Assembly (NCBI GenBank): GCA_040220235.1
Contig: JAVJTO010000059.1
Strand: one strand, 5' to 3'
Length of the DNA: 64,000 nt
Source of the DNA: Coleofasciculus sp. B1-GNL1-01
Lineage (GTDB): Bacteria > Cyanobacteriota > Cyanobacteriia > Cyanobacteriales > Coleofasciculaceae
In this document: positions 10,835-19,172 of the stretch, one piece after another
Numbering within the stretch: position 1 is the stretch's first letter
How the letters are laid out: each line of letters starts with the position of its first letter
Notes under the pieces: generated by a model
Told to the model about the DNA's origin: nothing
Databases searched by the model: none
What the model saw: only the letters and a program-made list of their open reading frames with translations
Position numbers and translations under genes: made by a program

Positions 10835-11070
10835 GTCATTCGTCATTTGTCATTCGTCAGGAATAACAGGGAACAGGGAACAGGGAACAGGGAACAGGGA
10901 ACAAGGTAAGGTAGAGTTTTGAGTTAACTTCCCCAGCTTCCCCAGCTTCCCCAGCTCCCCCAGCTCCCCCAGCTCCCCCAGCTCCCCCAGCTCCCCCAGC
11001 TCCCCCAGCTCCCAGACGCGCCATGGCACGTCTCTACATTGCTCCCCCAGCTCTCCCAGCTCCCCCAACC
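10835..11070. repeat. Composite repeat (7-mer arrays, 38-bp core, CCCCAGCTC 9-mer array)
   Basis: Inverted copy of the element at 3993-4156. Confidence 0.85.
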
Positions 11071-11123
11071 GAAAACTTTTGCCGCCACACGCTATATCAT
11101 GGTGAATATTGCTGCGCTTAACG

Positions 11124-13187
11124 ATGCCCATGTCTGTATCCCGGCTCAATGTAACCGAAGGCTGGCTAGAAGCCAATCAGCAGTATCTGATGGGAGAGAT
11201 TGCGCGAGTGCGTCAAGCCTTGGAACGCAAGAGTGATCAAATTATGACAGGGATCTCTCTCACCTTAACTAATGGCTTCTATCCCAATGGAAATGGTTCC
11301 TACCATCAACCCGATACATCGCTTTCACCGCCTCCCTTATTAGATCAGCTTTGCCAAATGTTTGGGCTTTCATCGTTTGAGCGAGATTTGCTGTTGTTAT
11401 GTGCGGGGATGGAATTTGACGCCTCTTGGGGGTTGCTCTGCGGCATCGCTCAAAGTAATGATGAATTCAATTATCCCACATTTGCTCTAGCGTTGAATAT
11501 ATTGCCCCATGGACATTGGGGGGCGCTGACGCCAGATGCACCGTTGCGCCGTTGGCGGTTGATTGACGTGGGTGAAGGGTTTACGTTAACCAATAGTTCG
11601 CTACGGATTGATGAGCGGATTTTGCATTACCTGCGCGGGGTGCAATATATTGATGAGCGCTTGGCGAGTATGGAGGAACCGATGCCTTTACCGGGTATTT
11701 TGGTATCCTCTCATCAGCAAAGTGTCCAACAAATTGCTACAACCTGGTTACAGGTGGGCGAGGGTACATTTCCGGTAGTGCAGCTATGTGGAGAAGATGT
11801 CACCAGTAAACGAGCGATCGCGCGAGCGGTATGCGATCATTTAGGGATTAATCTCCATGCCCTTTCTGCTGAATCTTTACCCACGAATACCAGTCAACTG
11901 AATATCGTTAAGATACTCTATGAACGGGAATGGGCATTAAGTAGCACGGTTCTAATGCTCAACTGTGATCATCTCGAAACCAATGATCCAGCCAGAGAAA
12001 GCGCGATCGCCCGTTTCATTGAAAGCCTGAACACACCCCTGATTGTAACGAGTCGCGATCGACGCCGCCAACGCCAGCGTCCCATTATTACTATTGATGT
12101 CCATCATCCCACCAGTGATGAGCAGCGTTTAATTTGGCAAGACGCTTTAGCCGATAAAGCGGAAAAACTTGAGCCTGCAATCAACTTATTAGTCTCCACA
12201 TTTAACCTCAGCGCCCCCAATATTCATACCGCTTGCTTAACCATCAAAGGAATGGACATTGAGACGCCAGAAGAAGATGAACAACCTATAGACGAAGAAA
12301 GCTACAACCCATCTGCCCTCCCACCCCTTACCACTAAATTGTGGGACGTTTGCTGTATTCAAGCCCGTCCCCGCATGGAAGAATTAGCCCAACGAATTGA
12401 CACAGCCGCTACTTGGGACGATTTAATTTTGCCGGACAGAGAACGCACGGTTTTGGCAGAAATTGTCACCCATGTGCGCCACCGGATGAAAGTGTATGAA
12501 AGTTGGGGATTTGCCGGAAAAAGTAGACGCGGGCTGGGAATTAGCGCTTTATTTGCTGGTGCCAGTGGAACCGGGAAAACCATGGCTGTAGAGGTGATCG
12601 GCAAAGAGTTACGATTAGATGTCTATCGGATTGACCTCAGTTCCGTTATTAGTAAATATATTGGTGAAACTGAGAAGAACTTGCGCCGGGTTTTTGATGC
12701 CGCAGAAGGAGGCGGATCAATCCTGTTATTCGATGAAGCCGACGCCCTATTCGGTAAACGTTCTGAAGTTAAAGACTCCCATGATCGCCATGCAAACATT
12801 GAGGTCAGTTATCTATTGCAGCGCATGGAATCCTATCGAGGATTGGCAATTTTAACCAGCAACATTAAAAGTGCCTTAGACCAAGCCTTTCTGCGCCGGA
12901 TTCGCTTTATTGCTCAATTTCCTTTCCCCGACGCGGAGCAACGCCAAGAAATTTGGAAACGGATTTTTCCGAAACAGACACCAACCGAGAAACTGGATTA
13001 TCGGAAATTGGCAAAACTGAATGTAGCAGGGGGTAATATTCGGAGTATTGCCATGAATGCGGCATTTCTAGCGGCAGATGCTGGGGAAGCCGTACAGATG
13101 AAACATATTTTACAAGCCACTAAGAGTGAATATATCAAACTAGAGCGACCCTTAACCGATGTAGAAATCAGGGGATGGGTTAAATAA
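11124..13187 (+). CDS. eCIS-associated AAA+ ATPase (Afp15/Pvc15-like)
   Basis: N-terminal FGLS.FERDLLLLCAG..L...APLRRWRLI; Walker A GASGTGKT; SKYIGETEKNL; Walker B LLFDEAD; AFLRR. Start could be 11124 or 11130. Confidence 0.88.
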   Translation: MPMSVSRLNVTEGWLEANQQYLMGEIARVRQALERKSDQIMTGISLTLTNGFYPNGNGSYHQPDTSLSPPPLLDQLCQMFGLSSFERDLLLLCAGMEFDASWGLLCGIAQSNDEFNYPTFALALNILPHGHWGALTPDAPLRRWRLIDVGEGFTLTNSSLRIDERILHYLRGVQYIDERLASMEEPMPLPGILVSSHQQSVQQIATTWLQVGEGTFPVVQLCGEDVTSKRAIARAVCDHLGINLHALSAESLPTNTSQLNIVKILYEREWALSSTVLMLNCDHLETNDPARESAIARFIESLNTPLIVTSRDRRRQRQRPIITIDVHHPTSDEQRLIWQDALADKAEKLEPAINLLVSTFNLSAPNIHTACLTIKGMDIETPEEDEQPIDEESYNPSALPPLTTKLWDVCCIQARPRMEELAQRIDTAATWDDLILPDRERTVLAEIVTHVRHRMKVYESWGFAGKSRRGLGISALFAGASGTGKTMAVEVIGKELRLDVYRIDLSSVISKYIGETEKNLRRVFDAAEGGGSILLFDEADALFGKRSEVKDSHDRHANIEVSYLLQRMESYRGLAILTSNIKSALDQAFLRRIRFIAQFPFPDAEQRQEIWKRIFPKQTPTEKLDYRKLAKLNVAGGNIRSIAMNAAFLAADAGEAVQMKHILQATKSEYIKLERPLTDVEIRGWVK

Positions 13188-13234
13188 GAGGTTTAGGGAT
13201 GGTAAAAATTAATGTAGAGACGTGCCGTGGCACG

Positions 13235-13430
13235 TCTGCAAATTGTATGTAGGGGCGGGTTCAGCCATAATTGTAGGGGCGGGTTTAGGGACAATTGTAG
13301 GGGCGGGTTTAGGGACTAAATTCAGATATCCACCACTAACGGAACAACAAAACCCGCCCTCCCTCACCACTAACGGAACAACAAAACCCGCCCTCCCTCA
13401 CCACTAACGGAACAGCAAAACCCGCCCTGC
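13235..13430. repeat. REP-like GTAGGGGCGGGTT / AAACCCGCCC composite repeat
   Basis: Tandem units; close inverted copy at ~18850-19137. Confidence 0.85.
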
Positions 13431-13546
13431 CTTGGTAAGGCTATATTTTCTAAAGTTCCGTAACAATTTGAGCGATCGCGAATTGCAAAAAGGACTTGTG
13501 CAGGATAATATTAAGTATCCAATAAGTTGAGTTGGGAAGACTGGTC

Positions 13547-16177
13547 ATGGGTAGCAAACGGCGTCTTAACAAAAAAACATCCTGGCAACCAACCTCTTTA
13601 CCAGTGCGGAATCCTTTGCAGACCCGTCCCTTCGGTAAAGGTATCCAGGCAAGACGAGCCGAATTACCAAAGACCAATGTGCTGCAAACTCGTCCCTTCG
13701 GTACTCCCAAGCAGGCATCTACACCTAAACAAGAGATGCCAGATCTCCAAGCTCAACTCAAACAAGCAGAGAGCTTTGGCTATAATGCGGCTAATATTCC
13801 AACGTCAGCTCCGAGTAGCGCTACACCGATTCAGGCAAAGCTGACGATAGGAGAACCGAATGATAAGTATGAGCAGGAAGCGGATCAAGTAGCGTCTCAA
13901 GTCGTCAATCAAATTAATTCGCCTCAAACTCAATCGGTTCAGGGTAAAACAGTACAACGAGAAGCCTTACCCGAAGAAGAGAAAGAGGAAACTCCCGTTA
14001 ACCCCAAACTTGAATCAGGAACAGTGCAACGAGAAGCCTTACCCGAAGAAGAGGAAGAAGAAGAGGAAGAGGAAACTCCCGTTAGTGCCAAACTTGAATC
14101 AGGGACAGTACAACGGGAAGAATTTCCTGAAGAAGAGAAAGAGGAAACTCCCGTTAACCCCAAACTTGAATCTGACACTATCCAACGTCAAGGTATTCCT
14201 CCTGAAGAGGAAGAGAAAAAAAAAATTAGCCCAAAGTTAATGAGGAAATCCCAATCGGGAACAGGGAGTACAAATTCCTCGGTTAACTTAGAAGAATCGA
14301 TTCAACAAAAGCGGGGTCAGGGACAATCCCTCTCAGAGGATATCCGCGAACCGATGGAGCAAACATTGGGGGCTGATTTCAGTGGGGTAAAAGTACACAC
14401 TGATAGTCAATCTGACCAGCTTAATCGCTCAATTCAGGCGCGTGCTTTCACAACAGGACAAGATGTTTTCTTCAAACAGGGCGAATACAACCCTGGAAGT
14501 AAGAATGGACAGGAATTGCTTGCCCATGAGTTAACTCATGTTGTTCAGCAGACAGGTACTGTTCAGCGCGATGATGATCCGGCAAAAAAAGACCAAAAAA
14601 AGTCGAAGAGTACCATTGAGGAACTCAGAGACGCATTAAGCGGTTGGGGGGCAGATTCAGCCAAGATTTTGCAGTTGCTAGGTAAAGCGTCTGCTTCCGA
14701 GAAGAAGCAGATATTAGCTGACTCTAAACTGATGGGTCAACTCCAAAGGAAACTGAGTCGCCGTGAGATGCTTCAAGCCCTCAATGCTCTGGAGGCTCCC
14801 CTTAAACAAAAGCTGAATGCAGCAATGAAGGGTTGGGGTTGTGATGCTCAGGTGATTAAGGATCTGACAGCCAGTGCCAAAGACGCAGAGAAGAAAGCCG
14901 TTTTAGCTGACACAGCGTTGGTTGCTCGACTCTCAAGCGAGTTGAGTCGAGCCGATATGTTGACGGTTTTAGGCAACCTTAATGCGCCTGTGAAAGACAA
15001 ACTAAATGCGGCGATGGATGGTTGGGGAGTCGATGCTGAGGCGATTAAGGCTCTGACCAAAGGGGCATCAGATACAGAAAAGCAGGCAGTTTTGAATGAC
15101 CCGGCACTGGGATCGAGGCTTTCGAGTGAGTTGAGTCAAGCCGATATGTTGACGGTTTTAGGCAACCTTAATGCGCCTGTGAAAGACAAACTAAATGCGG
15201 CAATAGATGGTTGGGGGACAGATGAGCAGGCTATCCGTGAACTTATGGTGAACGCGACAGGGGCTGAGCGCAATAAAGCGTTAAGTGATACGGTGCTAGT
15301 GTCCAGACTTGCATCTGAACTTTCTCTGTCTGAAATGATGAGCATTCTTGCGGATGCAGGCGTTCCCTTTAAAACCCGATTTGAACTGGCGCTCAACCCT
15401 TGGTCAGCAGGACTTAGCCAACTTCAACCTCTGGTGGAAAATGCCACTGACGCTGAACGCCAAACCGTTTGGTCAGATGCTGCACTTATGACCCAAGCTA
15501 ATACAGCTCTGGGCGAACAAGATTACCTCACCTTAGTGACTACCTTGGGCATGTTCCAGCCGGGAACCACCGCAGAAGATGGGAAGAGTCATACCTCGGC
15601 AGGTGATGCAGATACTTATATCCAAACCCACATTGCTACTTATGTGGCTGAAGCGCTAAAGAATGGTCGGCAAATTGCTGGACTCGTAGCCGTAGTGGAT
15701 AATGCCGACTGGGATCGAGCCGGGATTGCCCATTATGGAGCCTCAACTTGGAATGGAGGCAAGAAAACTCAAATTAATGGCTTTGTGGATAGTCAAGGTC
15801 GAGTCTGGATTCACAAGGATCGAGGAAATGCGGGTACGATGATTCACGAGGCAGTTCACAAATATTCTGATAATGGGTTAATTGGGATTAGTCAACCTCT
15901 GAATGAAGGGGTGACAGAATATTTCACCCGTAAAGTTTGTGCGGCGGTTACGCCTCCAATTACCGGACGTCTCAACTACCAAAATAACTACGACTGCGTA
16001 GTCGTCTTGGTGAGTCTGGTCACAGAATCTACCATAGCCAGTGCCTATTTTGACGGCAAGACAGATGAGTTAAAGAACGCTTTCATCAAAGCCAAGAGCG
16101 AAACAGACTGGGATGACTTCATTCATGAAACTAAGCAAAATCGGTGGGCAAATGCAACTAGATTATGTACCCCATAA
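13547..16177 (+). CDS. DUF4157 (eCIS core) protein with annexin-like repeats and a C-terminal gluzincin metallopeptidase; putative effector
   Basis: QAKLTIGEPNDKYEQEAD; GADFSGVKVHTD..ARAFTTGQDVFF..LLAHELTHVVQQ; four 63-aa A..GWG.D repeats; HEAVH..NEGVTEYF. Confidence 0.88.
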   Translation: MGSKRRLNKKTSWQPTSLPVRNPLQTRPFGKGIQARRAELPKTNVLQTRPFGTPKQASTPKQEMPDLQAQLKQAESFGYNAANIPTSAPSSATPIQAKLTIGEPNDKYEQEADQVASQVVNQINSPQTQSVQGKTVQREALPEEEKEETPVNPKLESGTVQREALPEEEEEEEEEETPVSAKLESGTVQREEFPEEEKEETPVNPKLESDTIQRQGIPPEEEEKKKISPKLMRKSQSGTGSTNSSVNLEESIQQKRGQGQSLSEDIREPMEQTLGADFSGVKVHTDSQSDQLNRSIQARAFTTGQDVFFKQGEYNPGSKNGQELLAHELTHVVQQTGTVQRDDDPAKKDQKKSKSTIEELRDALSGWGADSAKILQLLGKASASEKKQILADSKLMGQLQRKLSRREMLQALNALEAPLKQKLNAAMKGWGCDAQVIKDLTASAKDAEKKAVLADTALVARLSSELSRADMLTVLGNLNAPVKDKLNAAMDGWGVDAEAIKALTKGASDTEKQAVLNDPALGSRLSSELSQADMLTVLGNLNAPVKDKLNAAIDGWGTDEQAIRELMVNATGAERNKALSDTVLVSRLASELSLSEMMSILADAGVPFKTRFELALNPWSAGLSQLQPLVENATDAERQTVWSDAALMTQANTALGEQDYLTLVTTLGMFQPGTTAEDGKSHTSAGDADTYIQTHIATYVAEALKNGRQIAGLVAVVDNADWDRAGIAHYGASTWNGGKKTQINGFVDSQGRVWIHKDRGNAGTMIHEAVHKYSDNGLIGISQPLNEGVTEYFTRKVCAAVTPPITGRLNYQNNYDCVVVLVSLVTESTIASAYFDGKTDELKNAFIKAKSETDWDDFIHETKQNRWANATRLCTP

Positions 16178-16715
16178 ACGCCTATTCATTTCAGTTCTGG
16201 TAGGCATGGTTATCGTGAATGTAGGTACAGCTTGCAATGAAACGGCAAGTAGTACTCCTAAAGCTGACTCGGAAATAGAAAATCAATCATTTGATTCTCC
16301 GAGAAAACAGTCTAATGCCCAATCCCAAGACATGAAAAGGAGAAATTCCATGACAACAGAAATGCTGGGGCAAGAACTGCAAAGAGCGCGTGTTCTGCTG
16401 AGTCAAGCAAATGAACCACTCCAGGAAGTAGACCCAGAACTCCCACCTGAAAATATCGGTGCTTTGGGCGGTATTGGTTTCGAGGTGAAAAACCCTGATG
16501 TTAAACTGAGTATCTATGTCTTCGAGTATCAAAACCAGCACGCTGATGCTGTAGAAAAACTGATGGCTCAAGTTCCTCAGGAGGGAACCCGAATTCTTCA
16601 CGGTTCAAATGGTTCTCTACTGTTTTTTGGGCATACACGAACTGATGGTTCAGATGGTATAGACGCAAAGTTTCGCTTGGGTGGTCTAGCTTCCGCTTTT
16701 GCTGGTCAGGAATAG
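16152..16715 (+). CDS. Putative lipoprotein, candidate immunity/accessory protein
   Basis: Overlaps the end of the effector gene; hydrophobic stretch then VGTA-C lipobox; start uncertain. Confidence 0.55.
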   Translation: MQLDYVPHKRLFISVLVGMVIVNVGTACNETASSTPKADSEIENQSFDSPRKQSNAQSQDMKRRNSMTTEMLGQELQRARVLLSQANEPLQEVDPELPPENIGALGGIGFEVKNPDVKLSIYVFEYQNQHADAVEKLMAQVPQEGTRILHGSNGSLLFFGHTRTDGSDGIDAKFRLGGLASAFAGQE

Positions 16716-16717
16716 TA

Positions 16718-17596
16718 ATGGATATTGAACGGCTAAGACAACTCTGTTCACTTCAGAGTCTTGAGGTTACCCAAGATATCGACGAAGTGTTACACAGACT
16801 CAGGAATCCTCTAGCTGAATATGCAGAGTTGGAGTTGCGGTCTGATGGGAAGCACGTTGATCTAATCACCTTAAGCGAAGACCCCAACGCGGTGGATGAG
16901 TTTTTGGCAATATTAAAAGACCGAGGAACTCCTGAGGCAGATTGTGCCATAATGATTGCCCTGGCTAATTTTGGAGCGGGTTGTGTTGTGGGAATGAAGC
17001 TGCCAATCGCTGGGTCAGTTTCCGGAGGAGAGATGTACATTCGAGGTGCAATTCCGCTGTCGGAAGTTGAGTACTTTCTGGCACAACGGGGTGTGGGTTC
17101 AGAAGCGATCGCGCAGATTTCAGGATTAGCTCAAATCTTTGACAAGGACTACACTCATATTCTGGCAGCCGATGCCACTTCTCCTCCCAGTTTTAGCGTA
17201 TTTTTCACCACCTATCTCGTTCCCGGTGAAGAAGAACGTGACCGCGATCGCTTGCAGCAGGCGCTTGAGAAAACGGGTGTCACGGAAGATGGTATTGAAA
17301 AGTTTCTGCCCTTACATCGTTTGCTGGGTGCCTCACGACCCGAAACTCTCTACTTTTCTTGGAGGATCAAGGATGGTAAACCGACAATTGGAGCTAAGAT
17401 CGACTACGCGGGTGTTCGGCTTGGGCTTGTTTCAGAGATGCTCACAGGGATCGGTGTAGCTAATCAAGCTAGACTCCCGATCAAATGGGGTACACAGCTT
17501 AATGTACGACAAGCTAACTATGCGGGTCTTGTCATTGGCTCTCACCAACCATCAGGTGTTCGCGCCTACTTTACCATTCCTAGTACAACACACTGA
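16718..17596 (+). CDS. Hypothetical protein, possible ABBA (PT-barrel) fold
   Basis: Starts 2 nt after the previous stop; five apparent helix-helix-hairpin units ending VRAYF. Confidence 0.55.
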   Translation: MDIERLRQLCSLQSLEVTQDIDEVLHRLRNPLAEYAELELRSDGKHVDLITLSEDPNAVDEFLAILKDRGTPEADCAIMIALANFGAGCVVGMKLPIAGSVSGGEMYIRGAIPLSEVEYFLAQRGVGSEAIAQISGLAQIFDKDYTHILAADATSPPSFSVFFTTYLVPGEEERDRDRLQQALEKTGVTEDGIEKFLPLHRLLGASRPETLYFSWRIKDGKPTIGAKIDYAGVRLGLVSEMLTGIGVANQARLPIKWGTQLNVRQANYAGLVIGSHQPSGVRAYFTIPSTTH

Positions 17597-17665
17597 AGAA
17601 TTGGAGAACCTAATGCTCAGTGTTTCATAAGTAGGTGGACACAATAAAAGTCTGAGAAGAAGTAA

Positions 17666-17755
17666 TATCATGTCCTAACGATTGCCCATAATTGCAATGC
17701 TGCAATAACAGGGGTTTCAGGCGTTTTTATTAGGGGTGTTTGACCGGACATGATA
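17666..17755. mobile_element. 90-bp MITE with TAA target duplication
   Basis: TIRs TATCATGTCC/GGACATGATA with TAA on both sides; homologous (inverted) to 20691-20780. Confidence 0.85.
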
Positions 17756-17841
17756 TAACTTTAACTTGGCGATAAAAATTGACATAATCACAAAATGATG
17801 CTATATGTCAACTATATCTCCACCTAAATTTGGAGGGGGCT

Positions 17842-18672
17842 ATGGGTATCCGACGACGAATTCGCAAAAAACGGTCTGGGGAAGATGGGCTTATCCCAGC
17901 ACCAAGTTCGCTACAGACGCGCTCCTTAGGGGAGGGTATCCAAGCCAGACAAGCCAAGTTACCTGCAACGAATCTCTTGGAAACACGCCCTTTTGGTTCT
18001 CCCAAAAAGGCATCCACTTCATCTCAGGAAACCGCAGATATCCAGATGCAACTGAAACAGACGGAACGTTTTGGGTATAACGCAGCAAATATTCCTGTGT
18101 TTCCACCCAAGAAATCGAAAAAGAAACCGAAAAAATCAAAAGGGAAAGCGTCTGATACAAATCAAATCGTCACCCATAACCATCCTGGTGGAACGCCTCT
18201 GAATCAGGGTGATATCTTATCCGCGATCGCAAAAGACGCCAAAGAGGTACAAGCCGTAGGTCATTATGGTAAATTTAGCCTACGGCGTCAGCAGGATACT
18301 TGGCAAATCAGTCAAGAGCAAGTCGCAAGGGCTTATGCTCAAGGGGTTGAGCAGTGGTTGCGAGAATGTCCCAAGGAATTAACCGAACATTATCCGGCGA
18401 AAAAGGATATCCCACAAGCGGGAGCAACGTTTAAACAGGATCAGTTTATGGCAAACTATTTTGCCTGTAAAATTTTGGCACAACAAAGTCGAGGTGCTGT
18501 AGTTTATGAACACCCTGATGAAAAGGGATTGATCCAAAAACGAGCGAATCTGTACCGCGAGAGAATTGTTGTACCGCTTAAGCGCACCTCCCCTGTCAAC
18601 CCTAATCCGGCGGGTACGAGTGGGGGGACAAAGCTGCAAACTCCCAAACTGATTAGCGATCGCATGGAATAG
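17842..18672 (+). CDS. Putative second eCIS cargo: shared N-terminal leader plus JAB/MPN-like HNHP..D domain
   Basis: GGAGG RBS; first ~85 aa paralogous to the 13547 protein; THNHPGGTPLNQGD. Confidence 0.65.
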   Translation: MGIRRRIRKKRSGEDGLIPAPSSLQTRSLGEGIQARQAKLPATNLLETRPFGSPKKASTSSQETADIQMQLKQTERFGYNAANIPVFPPKKSKKKPKKSKGKASDTNQIVTHNHPGGTPLNQGDILSAIAKDAKEVQAVGHYGKFSLRRQQDTWQISQEQVARAYAQGVEQWLRECPKELTEHYPAKKDIPQAGATFKQDQFMANYFACKILAQQSRGAVVYEHPDEKGLIQKRANLYRERIVVPLKRTSPVNPNPAGTSGGTKLQTPKLISDRME

Positions 18673-18849
18673 TCGTTTGGTTGCGATCGGGTATTATTTA
18701 TCCTGTTTTAGGCGCAGTGGCGTGGTGATGAATTAAAATTACATCCAGAAACCGTAGGGGCGCATGGTGTGCGCCCATAAAATTGACAAGTCTAATCCAT
18801 CACTTTAGCTGTGTTAGTCCAGTAGTCTACAATATCTCTACAATCGATC

Positions 18850-19137
18850 AAGGGGGAGGGCGGGTTTTGCTGTTCCGTTATTGGTGGGGAGGGCAGGTTT
18901 TGTTTGTCATTTATCGGTGGGGAGGGCGGGTTTTGTTGTTCCGTTATTGGTGGATATCTGAATTGATTCCCTAAACCCGCCCCTACAATTGTCCCTAAAC
19001 CCGCCCCTAGAATCATCCCTAAACCCGCCCCTAGAATCATCCCTAAACCCGCCCCTAGAATTATGGCTAAATTCGCCCCTAGAATTATGGCTAAATTCGC
19101 CCCTACAATTGTGGCTAAACCCGCCTCTACAATTTGT
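18850..19137. repeat. REP-like composite repeat, inverted relative to 13235-13430
   Basis: 21-bp CTAAACCCGCCCCTAGAATCA-type tandem units plus ACGGAACAACAAAACCCGCCC units (minus strand). Confidence 0.85.
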
Positions 19138-19172
19138 AATTCCTGCCTAAATCACTCTATTCTATTCCAATT

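Noticed and set aside
11124..18672. Complete contractile injection system in this window
   Set aside because: No sheath, tube, baseplate or spike genes are visible; only the ATPase and cargo-type genes
18960..19137. 21-bp periodic units as a mini-CRISPR
   Set aside because: Contiguous REP-like tandem units without spacers
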